Shown one piece after another: positions 50,826-61,353 of a stretch of DNA of 64,000 bases (the first letter of the stretch is position 1; each line of letters begins with the position of its first letter). Under the pieces are notes generated by a model. It saw nothing but the letters and a program-made list of their open reading frames with translations. It did no database searches and was not told the DNA's origin. Source of the DNA: an uncultured delta proteobacterium (GTDB lineage: Bacteria > Desulfobacterota > Binatia > Binatales > Binataceae); NCBI GenBank assembly GCA_963765675.1, contig CAVXXK010000003.1, positions 512,001-576,000 of the forward strand, written 5' to 3'. The translations under genes were made by a program, and so were the position numbers.

Positions 50826-51496
50826 CACGCACTCCCCTTCGCGCCGCCGTTGGTGCGCGCGACGTGGAGCGCGGCCGCGAACACATGAGGATAAGTTCCG
50901 CAGCGGCAGATATTTCCCGCGACCGATTGACGGATCGTGTCCAGTTCGGCGGCGGGATTTTGCTTGAGCGCCGCCGCGATCGACATCACCATCCCCGGCG
51001 TGCAGAATCCGCACTGCATCGCGTCGGCGTGCACGAACGCGTCCTGCACCGGATGCATCCGGTCAGGATTTCCGAGTCCTTCGATCGTCGTGACCTCGTG
51101 GCCGCGCGCGTCGACCGCCAGCATCATGCAGGACGTGACCGGCTGCCCGTCGAGATGAACAGTGCAGGCGCCACACGATCCGCGATCGCAGACCAGCTTG
51201 GTGCCGGTCATCCCCAGATGCTCGCGCAGGGCGCGGACCAGGGTCACGCGCGGCTCGACCGCGAGGTGGTGAGTGGCGCCATTTATTTTGAGCTCGATAT
51301 CGACCGGTCCGGGACCGAGTTGTTCCGCGGCGCCTTCGGGAAGTGCTGGCGCGGACGCCTGGGCGTGCGTGAGATGACCGAGCGTGGCGACGGCAGCAAC
51401 AGCGCCGGCGCTGGTAAGCGCGGCGCCCTTCAGGAAGGATCGGCGACTCAATGGCAGCTTGCGCGGATCTTTGTCTTTTCCGGATTTCGATTTCAT
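50825..51496 (-). CDS. Tat-exported (2Fe-2S) subunit (PaoA/YagT-like)
   Basis: SRRSFLK Tat motif; GTKLVCDRGSCGACTV, QCGFCTPG, GNICRCG. Confidence 0.93.
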   Translation of the reverse strand: MKSKSGKDKDPRKLPLSRRSFLKGAALTSAGAVAAVATLGHLTHAQASAPALPEGAAEQLGPGPVDIELKINGATHHLAVEPRVTLVRALREHLGMTGTKLVCDRGSCGACTVHLDGQPVTSCMMLAVDARGHEVTTIEGLGNPDRMHPVQDAFVHADAMQCGFCTPGMVMSIAAALKQNPAAELDTIRQSVAGNICRCGTYPHVFAAALHVARTNGGAKGSA

Positions 51497-52002
51497 TGAG
51501 GAGCCTCGCGCGGCGCGGGAGCGGCAATCGAGACCGCCATCGCGACGATCGCGAATATCGCGAGTCCGGCTATGAGCCCGAAGAAAAGTACCTTAAGAAA
51601 GTAAACGCCCGCGATCAGAAGCTTGTCAACGATCGAACTCATCGCATAGGTGTCAAACGAATTCGCTCCCGTCCATCCGAGCTGGCCGAGTGCCGCGCCG
51701 AGCCGCGCGAGCGGGATCAGCACGATCACGCCGGCGATCACGGAAATCGCCGCAGTGCGGCCGCGCAGCGCGGCGTCGTCGAGCAGTCGCGCGCCAATTC
51801 GAATCGCGATGAGCATTCCCAGCGCGGCCGCCGCAAAGATCATCAGCGCAAATTCGTGCTCGTTCCACCATCGTCCGAGCGGAGGATCCATGTATCGGAC
51901 AACCAGGTGGGCGCCGCTGCCGTAGCTCAACGTCGAGATGATTCCGGCCACCAATGCGATGATGGTGAGCCATCGCAGCCATCTTTGGTAGGCCGGCTTC
52001 AT
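51493..52002 (-). CDS. hypothetical 4-TM membrane protein
   Basis: Four hydrophobic segments; 4-bp overlaps at both ends. Confidence 0.75.
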   Translation of the reverse strand: MKPAYQRWLRWLTIIALVAGIISTLSYGSGAHLVVRYMDPPLGRWWNEHEFALMIFAAAALGMLIAIRIGARLLDDAALRGRTAAISVIAGVIVLIPLARLGAALGQLGWTGANSFDTYAMSSIVDKLLIAGVYFLKVLFFGLIAGLAIFAIVAMAVSIAAPAPREAPQ

Positions 52003-52475
52003 CCGATCGCGATCGGTCCCGCGACGCGGGTCAGTCCCAGCGACAGGTAGACGATAAGGAGCACGATCATCCCCTGCGTGAGACCCACGCGGCGGAAGCG
52101 CGCCAGCAGAGGAGGCAGATCGGGCGCGGGGCCGTTTTCCGAGACGCGCCAGATTCGCGCACCGAGATTTGCGTACTGATAAATCGCAAGACCGATCACG
52201 ATCACGACCAGGACCAGCTTGATCGCAAGCAGGACGCTTATCGCGCCGATATACAGCACGTTGAGCATCCCGGTTGCGACCAGGATCACAAGCGCGCTCA
52301 GTACGATCACGCCCAGGCGCCGAACGACACGCCGCACTACTTTGACTCGCGCGGCGGGCTCGAGCTCTCCGGCCAGGATCGGAGTGAGCGCAAAGGTGCT
52401 GAAGAGAGAACCGCCGAGCGCGACGATCACCGCGGTCACGTGGATGAATAAGATCAGTAGGCGCATGCTCAGCAT
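51999..52475 (-). CDS. 4-TM membrane protein, CopD/DUF4149-like
   Basis: FIHVTAVIVALGGSLF, LVATG, LAIKLVLV pattern. Confidence 0.7.
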   Translation of the reverse strand: MLSMRLLILFIHVTAVIVALGGSLFSTFALTPILAGELEPAARVKVVRRVVRRLGVIVLSALVILVATGMLNVLYIGAISVLLAIKLVLVVIVIGLAIYQYANLGARIWRVSENGPAPDLPPLLARFRRVGLTQGMIVLLIVYLSLGLTRVAGPIAIG

Positions 52476-52487
52476 CGCGGACTTCGC

Positions 52488-53585
52488 TCAGAGATTGCGG
52501 CGGTAGGTGACAAAATTTCCCGAGATATGCGCGCCCAGGCTCTCCGCCGTTCGGCGCGAGGCCCAGTTGTCGTCGAGCACGAGAGTGTAGCCGGCGTAGC
52601 GCATCCGCTGCTCCGCCATCTTGAGGTACGAGCGCGACGCCATCGCAGTTGCGATTCCGCGGCCGCGCGCGCTTTCCTTCACGCCGATATTGATCAGCGC
52701 GCCGCGCGTGCCGCCGCCGCGATGCGGCTCCAGGCGGACGCCGCGCCTGACCTGCGCGAGCATCGGACTCAAATCCGGCACCGAGAACACCGCGCCGACC
52801 GCTTCATCGTCAATCTCGGCCAGCATCGAAAGGTCGGCCGCCGGGCTTTCCCACAGCGACATCAGCATCGGGCGCACTTCCGTCTTGGTGACGGGATTCC
52901 ATCCCCAATGACGCGCGAAAGCGGCATTAGTCACTTCGGTCCAGGCGTCGATCGCGGCAAGAAATCCGAACTCGCGCCAGCTCTTGATCGTGACGCCTGC
53001 CGCGGCGGCTGCCGCAACCGATCGGCGATAGCGCTCGAGCAGCTCGGGACTCAACTCGGCTGTGTAATCGGTCTGCCCTTTCTCCGTTTCGAAGCCCGCG
53101 CGTTTGAAGCATCGATGGTAATACGGCGGATTGCCGCGGAGCAGAAAGGAAGGCAGCCGCCCGTATCCGTCGACGGCGTATGGATAATCAAGGAACGCGG
53201 CGAAGCCGCTGCGCGCCGCTTTCATCCCGCGTGCGCCGAGAGACTCCGCCGCGGCTTCGAGCATCGCAACGGCGGCATCCTCTTCGCCCTCGTAGGCTTC
53301 AAAATGGATTAGCTGTCCGAGCTGCTCGCCCCAGTGTTCGATATAGCGGCGATTAACGACCGCACTGACCCGCGCGACCATCCGCCCGCGCCGGCGCGCG
53401 CAAAATGCTTCCAGATCGAGGTAGGCCGCGAAATGCGTGCGGCGCGTGATCATGTCGATCTCGCTCTGAATATCGGGCGGCCACCATGCTTCGCGCGCCG
53501 CGTAAACATGATACGGCAGGCGCGCAAATTCCTCGCATCCATCGCGCGTGGCAACGCGCTCGATCGTTATCCCCGTGCCGTTCAT
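52488..53585 (-). CDS. tandem-GNAT-fold protein (YghO-like)
   Basis: EFARLPYHVY..WWPP, NPPYY, AFARHWG, IGVKESARGRGIA, VLDDN. Confidence 0.75.
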   Translation of the reverse strand: MNGTGITIERVATRDGCEEFARLPYHVYAAREAWWPPDIQSEIDMITRRTHFAAYLDLEAFCARRRGRMVARVSAVVNRRYIEHWGEQLGQLIHFEAYEGEEDAAVAMLEAAAESLGARGMKAARSGFAAFLDYPYAVDGYGRLPSFLLRGNPPYYHRCFKRAGFETEKGQTDYTAELSPELLERYRRSVAAAAAAGVTIKSWREFGFLAAIDAWTEVTNAAFARHWGWNPVTKTEVRPMLMSLWESPAADLSMLAEIDDEAVGAVFSVPDLSPMLAQVRRGVRLEPHRGGGTRGALINIGVKESARGRGIATAMASRSYLKMAEQRMRYAGYTLVLDDNWASRRTAESLGAHISGNFVTYRRNL

Positions 53586-54457
53586 GAATCTCGCGCGGTG
53601 CGTCGGCGCCCCCGCGCGTCAAGCTTAGCACCGGTGCGCGCAGAATGAGCATCGGCGACAATCCCGTCGCGCAGCCATCGCGCGAGCATCGCATTGATCG
53701 CGGCAACCGGATCATGCTCCGGTGTCTTGCCGGCGAAGGCCGCGCAGATTGCGCCGAATGTCGCGCCGCGCCGAAGCTTCGCGATCGCACGCGCTTCGCA
53801 AGCGTCCAGCTCGCGAAAAAGGACTTTCGCCTCGCGCCGCCAAACCAGGATCGTGCTCAGACCTCGCGCGGGCGCCTTGAGCTTTCTTCCGGCCACGAAC
53901 GTGCGCAGTGCGAGCGCGACTTGCCACTGCGTTTCGAGCACCTGCAATGCCGCGATCGCACGCATCCGTACGCTCGTCCACGCTTCGGGCGTGATCGCGC
54001 GCATCGTTTCGGCGTCGAGAGGCACAGTATCGCGAGCGCAGAAGACCTCGACGATCGCGCGCTCGAGCGCGGCAAGATCCGCGATATAAGGATACTCGCG
54101 GCGAATCGGATGCATACGCAGACAATCTGCGAGATATTTCCCCACCCAGAACACCGACGCCTCAGTTGGCGGATACTCAGTCAGATATCCAGTCACGAGA
54201 TTGTGAAAATTGTCTTCTCCGAGCGCCGCGGCGACCGCCGGGAAATCCTCTTTGAGGACCTCCAACAGGCGAAAGAAGTACATATTGGCGTAGATATCCA
54301 GTCGCTCGACGGCCGTCATGCGCGGATCGCCGCCGATCACCGCGTCGAGTCCGCCGCGCGCAACGCCGCGCTCGTGCTCGAGACCTTCCGCTACGCCGCC
54401 GGGCACCGCGATAAGCCGATAGAGGAGAGCTTGAGTGTTCTTAAGCTGGAGCGGCAT
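53582..54457 (-). CDS. DUF2063 MNIO partner protein (BufC/HvfC-like)
   Basis: ERLDIYANMYFFRLLEVLKEDFP, LGEDNF, DLAALE; directly follows the DUF692 gene. Confidence 0.88.
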   Translation of the reverse strand: MPLQLKNTQALLYRLIAVPGGVAEGLEHERGVARGGLDAVIGGDPRMTAVERLDIYANMYFFRLLEVLKEDFPAVAAALGEDNFHNLVTGYLTEYPPTEASVFWVGKYLADCLRMHPIRREYPYIADLAALERAIVEVFCARDTVPLDAETMRAITPEAWTSVRMRAIAALQVLETQWQVALALRTFVAGRKLKAPARGLSTILVWRREAKVLFRELDACEARAIAKLRRGATFGAICAAFAGKTPEHDPVAAINAMLARWLRDGIVADAHSARTGAKLDARGRRRTARDS

Positions 54458-55304
54458 GAATCGTCGCGGATTTGGTATGCGCGGATTCGTAGATACGACG
54501 CGCACGCTCAGCGGCGGCGGCCAGCACCGGGAACGCCGGGATGTTATCGTCCCATTCGATCAAGGTTGATACCGCGCCGAAGCGGCGAACCGCGCGCTCG
54601 TATAGCATCCACACCTCATCGCGGATCGGATAGTCATGCGTGTCGAGCAGGTAGTCGCCGTGGTCACTGTGGCCGGCGAGATGAAATTGCACGACCCGCT
54701 CGGACGGTATCGAGTCAATATACACTTCAGCGCGGAAGCGATGGTTGAATGCATTTACAAATATATTGTTGATATCGAGCAGAATTCCGCAGTCGGCTTC
54801 CTCGGCGACCGCGCGGATGAATTCCCACTCGGTCATCGTCGAGTCGCGAAACGTAAGATAGCGCGACACGTTCTCGATCAGTATGTAGCGACCCAGGATG
54901 TCCTGCACTCGGCGGATTCGCGCGGCTACGTGGCGCACCGTTTCCTCGTTATGCGGAAGCGGCAGCAGGTCGTGCAGGCGATGCCCGCCCACGCCGCTCC
55001 AGCATAGATGGTCCGATATCCATGCGGGCGGGGTGCGGCGGGCGAGGGCGCGCAGGCCGCGAAGATATGGGAGATCAAGCGGGTCGGTCGAGCCGATCGA
55101 CATCGACACTCCGTGCATCACGACCGGGTAGTGCGCGCACACGGCGTCGAGGACCTCGAGCGGACGGCCGCCGGCAACCATGAAGTTTTCCGAAATGACT
55201 TCGAACCAGTCGATCGCGGGATGTCGCTTCAGAATATGCACATAATGCGGCCGGCGCAGACCAACCCCGAAGCCCAGAAACGGAAAATCCTCGCGCTGAA
55301 ACAT
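54441..55304 (-). CDS. DUF692 multinuclear non-heme iron oxidative enzyme (MNIO, BufB-like)
   Basis: GVGLRRPH, EVISENF, HGVSMSIG, SDHLCW, DLLPLP, ENVS, LLDINN, HLAGH, DTHD, EWD. Confidence 0.95.
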   Translation of the reverse strand: MFQREDFPFLGFGVGLRRPHYVHILKRHPAIDWFEVISENFMVAGGRPLEVLDAVCAHYPVVMHGVSMSIGSTDPLDLPYLRGLRALARRTPPAWISDHLCWSGVGGHRLHDLLPLPHNEETVRHVAARIRRVQDILGRYILIENVSRYLTFRDSTMTEWEFIRAVAEEADCGILLDINNIFVNAFNHRFRAEVYIDSIPSERVVQFHLAGHSDHGDYLLDTHDYPIRDEVWMLYERAVRRFGAVSTLIEWDDNIPAFPVLAAAAERARRIYESAHTKSATIHAAPA

Positions 55305-55338
55305 AAAGCCAAGCCGGCTACACGACGTCGAGCGAGTT

Positions 55339-55611
55339 CTAGTCCGCCTTGGCGGCGTGGCCACCCTGCTTCACGCACTGCTGCGCGCTCGAAGTCATCA
55401 CGTAGCCTTTGCCCTTACAGGAGTTCTGACCAGCGCATCCGCTCGAGGCGGTTTTGCACGCGCTCTGGCCCTTGCACGCATTGCCGCCTACGCATTTCAC
55501 TTGCGCCGGCGCCGTTCCCGATCCAGCGCTGTCGGCCGCCATCGCGCTGCCGGTGAACATCAAGGCGACGGCGGTCGCGAGCATCGCACCGCCCAATGCT
55601 GATTTTCTCAT
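55339..55611 (-). CDS. bufferin-type (BufA2-like) 6-Cys RiPP precursor with Sec signal peptide
   Basis: Signal ending AMA; core CVGGNACKGQSAC...CAGQNSCKGKG...CVKQGG; AGGAG RBS; directly upstream of DUF692. Confidence 0.88.
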   Translation of the reverse strand: MRKSALGGAMLATAVALMFTGSAMAADSAGSGTAPAQVKCVGGNACKGQSACKTASSGCAGQNSCKGKGYVMTSSAQQCVKQGGHAAKAD

Positions 55612-55718
55612 GAGTGATTCTCCTTAATCGCGATCGCGCGATGCCATCTTACCTACGGTCTCCAGTTCACGCCAAGGTATCGCAAACAAGGTGCCTGGTG
55701 ATCTATCGTCGCGACTCG

Positions 55719-56531
55719 ATGAGTACGCAAGCATATCGCTCGCCGTGGCCCGGAACTGCGGGAAGCCGCACCGCGCTGTTCTCGATCGGCGCCGGAATCG
55801 CGCTGATGTTCCTGGTAGGGCCGCTGGTCAAGCTCGTGGTGACGAGCAATCCGCGCGGTCTGCTCAATTCCTTTGCCGACCCCGAGGTCATGAGCGCGAT
55901 CGGACTCAGCGTGCTCGCGGCAACGTGGGCGACCGCGCTCGGAGCGCTCATCGGACTTCCGCTCGGCTTCCTGCTCGCGCGGCATAGCTTTGCGGGCAAG
56001 CCGCTGGTCGAGGGGCTGATCGATCTGCCGGTGGTGATTCCGCATCCGATCGCCGGAATCGCGCTACTGTTCGTATTCGGACGCGGCTTTTTTGTCGGGC
56101 ACACGTTTTCGATGATGGGAATCCATTTCGCCGGCGCAATTCCGGGAATCGTGATCGCGATGCTGTTCGTCTCGGCGCCGTTTCTGATCAACGCCGCGCG
56201 CGACGGCTTTGCCGCCGTCGATCCGCGGCTCGAAGGCGTTGCGCGCACGCTCGGGCGCGGTCCGTGGGCGGTCTTTTTTGGCGTCACGATTCCGCTGGCG
56301 CGGCCGTCGATCGTCTCGGGCGCGGTCATGATGTGGGCGCGGGCGCTCAGCGAGTTCGGCGCGGTGGTGGTGCTGGCGTACTATCCGATGACGGCGCCGG
56401 TGCTGATCTACGATCGCTTCGAGGGCTTCGGCCTCGACGCCGCGCAGCCGGTCGCCGCAGTGGTGGTGATCGTGGCGCTCGCGATCTTCGCTGCTCTAAG
56501 ATGGCTGAACGTGCGCGCGCAGACGTCGTGA
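55719..56531 (+). CDS. molybdate/tungstate ABC permease (ModB/WtpB-like)
   Basis: IDLPVVIPHPIAGIALL, FVSAPF, EGVARTLG, WARALSEFGA. Confidence 0.85.
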   Translation: MSTQAYRSPWPGTAGSRTALFSIGAGIALMFLVGPLVKLVVTSNPRGLLNSFADPEVMSAIGLSVLAATWATALGALIGLPLGFLLARHSFAGKPLVEGLIDLPVVIPHPIAGIALLFVFGRGFFVGHTFSMMGIHFAGAIPGIVIAMLFVSAPFLINAARDGFAAVDPRLEGVARTLGRGPWAVFFGVTIPLARPSIVSGAVMMWARALSEFGAVVVLAYYPMTAPVLIYDRFEGFGLDAAQPVAAVVVIVALAIFAALRWLNVRAQTS

Positions 56532-56552
56532 CGGTGTTGGTCCGCCGGGAAT

Positions 56553-58028
56553 CTAGCGGCGGGCGGCGGCGAGCATCTCGCCGCGGTCGGCGGCGTCGAA
56601 CAGATGCAACTGATGCGGAGAGCCTCCGGCCGGTATCTCGACCGGATATTTCCCGGTGAAGCAGGCGTCGCAGTAGCCCTCGCGATTTCCGTTGCCGACG
56701 AACGAGTACAGTCCTTCCCAGCTCAGGTAGCCGAGCGAGTCGGCGCCGATCCATCGCCGGATCTCCTCGACCGAGTGCGACGACGCGAGCAGCTCTTCGC
56801 GGGTCGGCGTGTCGATTCCGTAGAAGCACGAGTTGGTCGTGGGCGGCGCCGCGATTCGCATGTGGACTTCGCGCGCGCCCGCCTGCCGCAGCATCGGGAT
56901 CACCTTGCGCAGCGTGGTTCCGCGCACCAGCGAATCCTCGATCAGCACGATTCGCCTGCCGCGCAGCAGCTCTGCGACCGGGTTGAATTTGATCTTGACG
57001 CCGAAGTGCCGGATCGACTGGCGCGGCTCGATAAACGTCCGGCCGACGTAATGGCTTCGGACCAGCGCCATCTCGAACGGGATCTTCGATTCTTCAGCAT
57101 AGCCGAGTGCGGCCGCGGTGCCCGAGTCGGGCACCGGCACGACCAGGTCGGCCTCGGCGGGACACTCGCGCGCGAGCGCCCTGCCCTGCTGCTTGCGCAC
57201 CGAATAGACATTGCGGCCGTAGAGCAGGCTGTCGGGCCGCGCAAAGTAAACATACTCGAAGATGCATCGCTTGGGTCCGGCGGGAGCGAACGGGCGCATC
57301 GAGCGCAGGCCGTTTTCGTCGACGATCACCATCTCGCCCGGCTCGATCTCGCGCACGTACTCGGCGCGGACCAGGTCGAGCGCGCAGGTCTCCGAGCTGA
57401 CGATGGTCGCGCCGTTGAGCGTGCCCAGCACCAGCGGCCGAAAGCCGTGAGGATCGCGCACCGCGATCAGGCTTTTCTCCGTCAGCAACACCAGGGAGTA
57501 CGCACCGCGCACCTGCGCCAGCGCCTCGATCAATTTTTCGGGCAGCGTGGCCGCGCGCGAGGCCGCGATCAGATGAATCACGATTTCGCTGTCCGACGAC
57601 GAATAGAAAATCGTGCCGCCCGCTTCGAGCTGCTCGCGCAGCTCCTCGAAGTTGACGATATTGCCGTTGTGCGCGACCGCGAGGCCGCCTTTGGAGTATT
57701 CGACCACGATCGGCTGGCAGTTCTTGAGCGAGCTCGATCCCGTCGTCGAATAGCGGTTGTGGCCGATTGCGCTGGTGCCTTCGAGCTCAGCGATAATGCC
57801 GGAATTGAACACGTCCGCGACCAGGCCCATCCCGCGATGCGAGATTAACGCCTTGCCGTTGGAGGAAACGATTCCGGCCGACTCCTGCCCGCGATGCTGC
57901 AGCGCATACAGCCCCAAGTACGCCAGGTTGGCGGCCTCAGGATGGCCGTACACGCCGAAGACGCCGCACTCGTCGTGGAAGGCGTCGAGTTTCGATTCCT
58001 CGACTATCACCGCGCCGTCGTCAGTCAT
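56553..58028 (-). CDS. purF: amidophosphoribosyltransferase
   Basis: [44 protein letters not shown]. Confidence 0.97.
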   Translation of the reverse strand: MTDDGAVIVEESKLDAFHDECGVFGVYGHPEAANLAYLGLYALQHRGQESAGIVSSNGKALISHRGMGLVADVFNSGIIAELEGTSAIGHNRYSTTGSSSLKNCQPIVVEYSKGGLAVAHNGNIVNFEELREQLEAGGTIFYSSSDSEIVIHLIAASRAATLPEKLIEALAQVRGAYSLVLLTEKSLIAVRDPHGFRPLVLGTLNGATIVSSETCALDLVRAEYVREIEPGEMVIVDENGLRSMRPFAPAGPKRCIFEYVYFARPDSLLYGRNVYSVRKQQGRALARECPAEADLVVPVPDSGTAAALGYAEESKIPFEMALVRSHYVGRTFIEPRQSIRHFGVKIKFNPVAELLRGRRIVLIEDSLVRGTTLRKVIPMLRQAGAREVHMRIAAPPTTNSCFYGIDTPTREELLASSHSVEEIRRWIGADSLGYLSWEGLYSFVGNGNREGYCDACFTGKYPVEIPAGGSPHQLHLFDAADRGEMLAAARR

Positions 58029-60258
58029 GGCTGGCTAGCCTCCGGGGAATTGCGGCTTCGTAAAGCTCGTACAACTCGTTTATGTTCTCGTTCACGGCTG
58101 GCGGGAGTGCGAGCCGCGGTTCAGCAAGCACGCGTCCGGCTTGATACACCGGCAATCGGCGGCCCGAGAATATCCGCGTCACCGCCGCGACTTGTTGCGG
58201 TGCGGCGGAGATCACTACGGTCGAAGGTCCTTCTCCAAACAATTCCACCGTATCGGCCAAGCCGTGCGCCGACAGATCAAGCTCAGCGCCCAGCCTCGCC
58301 TCGGGATTGAAACAGGCTTCCGCGATCGCCACCGCGAGCCCGCCTTCGGCTGCGTCGTGACATGATCTTATCAACCCGTGGTCAGCGCATTCAACCAGCC
58401 CTTCGAGCAGGGCATTTTCGCGCGCCAGATCGATCGGACTGAGCGCCTCGTCGCTGTCGCCGTACATCGCGGCGTACTCCGACGCGGCGAGCGACGGCCG
58501 CACCGTGCGGACGATCAGAATCGCATCGCCGGCGCGCTTGAAATGCGAGGTGACGTGATGCGCGACGTCGGTGAGCAAGCCGACTACCGCGATCGTCGGA
58601 GTCGGCGGAATCGCGCGGCCTTCGGTCTCGTTGTAGAAACTCACGTTGCCGCTCACGACGGGCGCTCCGATCGCGCGCGCCGCGTCGCCGAGGCCGCGCA
58701 CGCCCTCGGCGAATTGCCACATGATCTCGGGCCGCTCGGGATTTCCGTAGTTGAGGCAATTCGTGATTCCGACCGGTCGCGCGCCGACGCATGCGACATT
58801 GCGCGCCGCCTCGATCACGGTCGCGACCGCGCCGGCGTAGGGATCGAGCGCGCACGCGCGAGGATTTGAATCGACCGTGAGCGCGATCGCGCGCCGCGAT
58901 CCTTTGATCCGCAACACCGCCGCGTCACCGCCCGGCCCGCGCACCGTATTGCTCTGCACGATCGAATCGTACTGGCGATAGACCCATCTTTTCGACCCGA
59001 TGTTCGGATTCGAGAGCATCGCTCGCAGCGCCGCCGCGGGCGTGGGATCGTCGCGGCGGTTACGCGCGGGATTCTTTTGCGGAGATTTCGGCGGATGCGC
59101 GGGGCGATCGTAAACCGGAGCGTCGTCGGCGAGCGCGCCGGCCGGAATATCGGCGACGACTTGTCCGCGCCATCGCGCACGCCATCGACGGTCGGCGGTG
59201 ATTTCGCCAATTACGACCGCGTGCAGATCCCATTTCTCGAACACCGCCTGCAACTCGGCTTCGCGTCCGCGCTCGGCGACGATCAACATCCGCTCCTGCG
59301 ATTCCGAGAGCAGAATTTCATACGGGGTCAGGCTCTGCTCGCGCAGCGGAACCTTGTCGAGATCGAGATCGATCCCGAGTCCGCCGCGCGCCGCCATCTC
59401 GGAGGACGACGAGGTCAGTCCCGCCGCGCCCATGTCCTGAATCGCTACGATCGCGCCGGTCTTGCCGGCTTCGAGACAGGCCTCGATCAGCAGCTTTTCG
59501 GTGAACGGATCGCCGACCTGCACCGTAGGCCGCTTGGATTCGCTCTCGGCGTCGAACTCGGCCGAGGCGAGCAGCGACGCGCCGTGAATTCCGTCGCGGC
59601 CGGTCGCCGAGCCGACGTACAGGACCGGATTGCCGACGCCGCGCGCCTTCGCGCTCCATAACCCTCCGGCGCGCGCGAGTCCGAGCGAGAAAGCGTTGAC
59701 CAGGATATTGCCGTTGTACGCCGCGTCGAACATCACCTCGCCCGCGACGGTCGGCACTCCGACGCAGTTGCCGTAGCCGCCGATTCCGCCGACCACGCCG
59801 CCGAGCAGGTAGCCGGTCCGCGGATGATCGAACGATCCGAATTTCAGCGAGTTCATCGAGGCTACAGGCCGCGCGCCCATCGTGAAAATGTCGCGCAGGA
59901 TTCCGCCGACGCCGGTCGCCGCGCCCTGATACGGCTCGACGTACGAAGGATGGTTATGGCTTTCGATTTTGAACACGGCGACCCATCCGTCGCCGAGGTC
60001 GATCGCGCCAGCATTCTCGCCCGGTCCGCCCTGCACAACGAGCTCGCTCTTCTGCGGGAGCGTGCGCAGATATTTTCGCGACGATTTGTACGAACAGTGC
60101 TCCGACCACATGACCGAGAAGACACCCAACTCGGTAAAGGTCGCGACACGTCCGAGGATTTGTTTGACGCGCTCGAACTCCTCGGGAGAAAGGCCGTGCG
60201 CGCGAGCCTGCTCGAGATCGACTCGAGGCTCGCCGGGCAATGCGACAGGCGTCGTCAT
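58021..60258 (-). CDS. purL: phosphoribosylformylglycinamidine synthase subunit PurL
   Basis: [44 protein letters not shown]. Confidence 0.97.
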   Translation of the reverse strand: MTTPVALPGEPRVDLEQARAHGLSPEEFERVKQILGRVATFTELGVFSVMWSEHCSYKSSRKYLRTLPQKSELVVQGGPGENAGAIDLGDGWVAVFKIESHNHPSYVEPYQGAATGVGGILRDIFTMGARPVASMNSLKFGSFDHPRTGYLLGGVVGGIGGYGNCVGVPTVAGEVMFDAAYNGNILVNAFSLGLARAGGLWSAKARGVGNPVLYVGSATGRDGIHGASLLASAEFDAESESKRPTVQVGDPFTEKLLIEACLEAGKTGAIVAIQDMGAAGLTSSSSEMAARGGLGIDLDLDKVPLREQSLTPYEILLSESQERMLIVAERGREAELQAVFEKWDLHAVVIGEITADRRWRARWRGQVVADIPAGALADDAPVYDRPAHPPKSPQKNPARNRRDDPTPAAALRAMLSNPNIGSKRWVYRQYDSIVQSNTVRGPGGDAAVLRIKGSRRAIALTVDSNPRACALDPYAGAVATVIEAARNVACVGARPVGITNCLNYGNPERPEIMWQFAEGVRGLGDAARAIGAPVVSGNVSFYNETEGRAIPPTPTIAVVGLLTDVAHHVTSHFKRAGDAILIVRTVRPSLAASEYAAMYGDSDEALSPIDLARENALLEGLVECADHGLIRSCHDAAEGGLAVAIAEACFNPEARLGAELDLSAHGLADTVELFGEGPSTVVISAAPQQVAAVTRIFSGRRLPVYQAGRVLAEPRLALPPAVNENINELYELYEAAIPRRLASHD

Positions 60259-60941
60259 GCGTGCTCTGCGATCGATTGAAAAATCTTGCGGCCGTCGGTG
60301 CCACCGAGCATCGCTTCGACCGCGTGCTCGGGATGCGGCATCAGGCCGAAGACATTGAAGCGCTCGTTGGCGACGCCGGCGATCGCGCGCATCGAGCCGT
60401 TGGGATTCGCGGCGTCGCTCTCGATGCCATCGGCGCCGCAGTAGCGCAGAATTATCTGCCCGCGCTCTTCCATCTGGCGCAGTTCATCTTCCGGCGCGAC
60501 GTAGAGTCCCTCGCCGTGCTTGATCGGCAGATTGAGCACGTCGCCCTGGCGAGTCGCGCGAGTAAACGGAGTCTTCGCGTTTTCAACCCGCACATGGACC
60601 TGCTGGCAGATAAAGGAAAGTGAGCGGTTGCGCGTTAGCGCGCCGGGCAGCAGATGCGCTTCGCACAGAATCTGGAAGCCGTTGCACGTGCCGATCACCA
60701 GCCCGCCGTCGGCGGCAAATTTCTCGACGCTCTTCATGATCGGAGAAAAGCGCGCGATCGCGCCGGTGCGCAGATAGTCGCCGTAGCTGAAGCCTCCCGG
60801 CAGCAGGACGCACTCGGCGCCGCCGAGCGACGTGTCCTTGTGCCACAGGATCGCGGCCTCCTGCCCCATCACTTCCACGAGAGCATAGAGGGCGTCACTG
60901 TCGTCGAGCGAACCGGGGAACCTGACGACGCCCCACTTCAT
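60255..60941 (-). CDS. purQ: phosphoribosylformylglycinamidine synthase subunit PurQ
   Basis: [36 protein letters not shown]. Confidence 0.97.
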   Translation of the reverse strand: MKWGVVRFPGSLDDSDALYALVEVMGQEAAILWHKDTSLGGAECVLLPGGFSYGDYLRTGAIARFSPIMKSVEKFAADGGLVIGTCNGFQILCEAHLLPGALTRNRSLSFICQQVHVRVENAKTPFTRATRQGDVLNLPIKHGEGLYVAPEDELRQMEERGQIILRYCGADGIESDAANPNGSMRAIAGVANERFNVFGLMPHPEHAVEAMLGGTDGRKIFQSIAEHA

Positions 60942-61183
60942 TCGCCTTCGACCTCGAAGGTGAAATCCTCGATATTCGGATTCGCGAGCAGCCGCTCGCA
61001 CATCCGGCGGGTTTCCTCGCGCGCGGCGGCGGCGTTTTTTGCCGCGACGTCGAGCACGATATATTTCCCGACCTTGACGCCGGAGACCTCGGGGAAGCCG
61101 AGCGTCTTGAGCGACTGCTCGACGACGCGCCCTTGCGGATCAAGGATTCCCTTGCGCGGCGTGATGAAGACCTTTACCTGCAC
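60938..61183 (-). CDS. purS: phosphoribosylformylglycinamidine synthase subunit PurS
   Basis: LDPQG, VGK, LLANPNIE. Confidence 0.95.
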   Translation of the reverse strand: MQVKVFITPRKGILDPQGRVVEQSLKTLGFPEVSGVKVGKYIVLDVAAKNAAAAREETRRMCERLLANPNIEDFTFEVEGE

Positions 61184-61203
61184 GCGATTCCTCGGTTATG
61201 CCG

Positions 61204-61251
61204 CCCTAACCCGACCTAACCCCTGCCCCCTTCCCGCACGGGAAAGGGGGA
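61204..61251. repeat. REP-like hairpin
   Basis: CCTAACCC twice, then CCCCTTCCC-GCAC-GGGAAAGGGG. Confidence 0.5.
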
Positions 61252-61353
61252 CTATGGCCGACTGCCTCAGACCGTTCGATCATCCTTCTACCCCGCGGAG
61301 CATCTCGCATAGATCATGAGGACGCCAATCGGGAGATTGGCGTTCCCGGCCGG

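Noticed and set aside
53582-55611. Methanobactin cluster
   Set aside because: The precursor has a Sec signal and a bufferin-type Cys pattern, the partner is DUF2063 rather than MbnC, and there is no TonB transporter.
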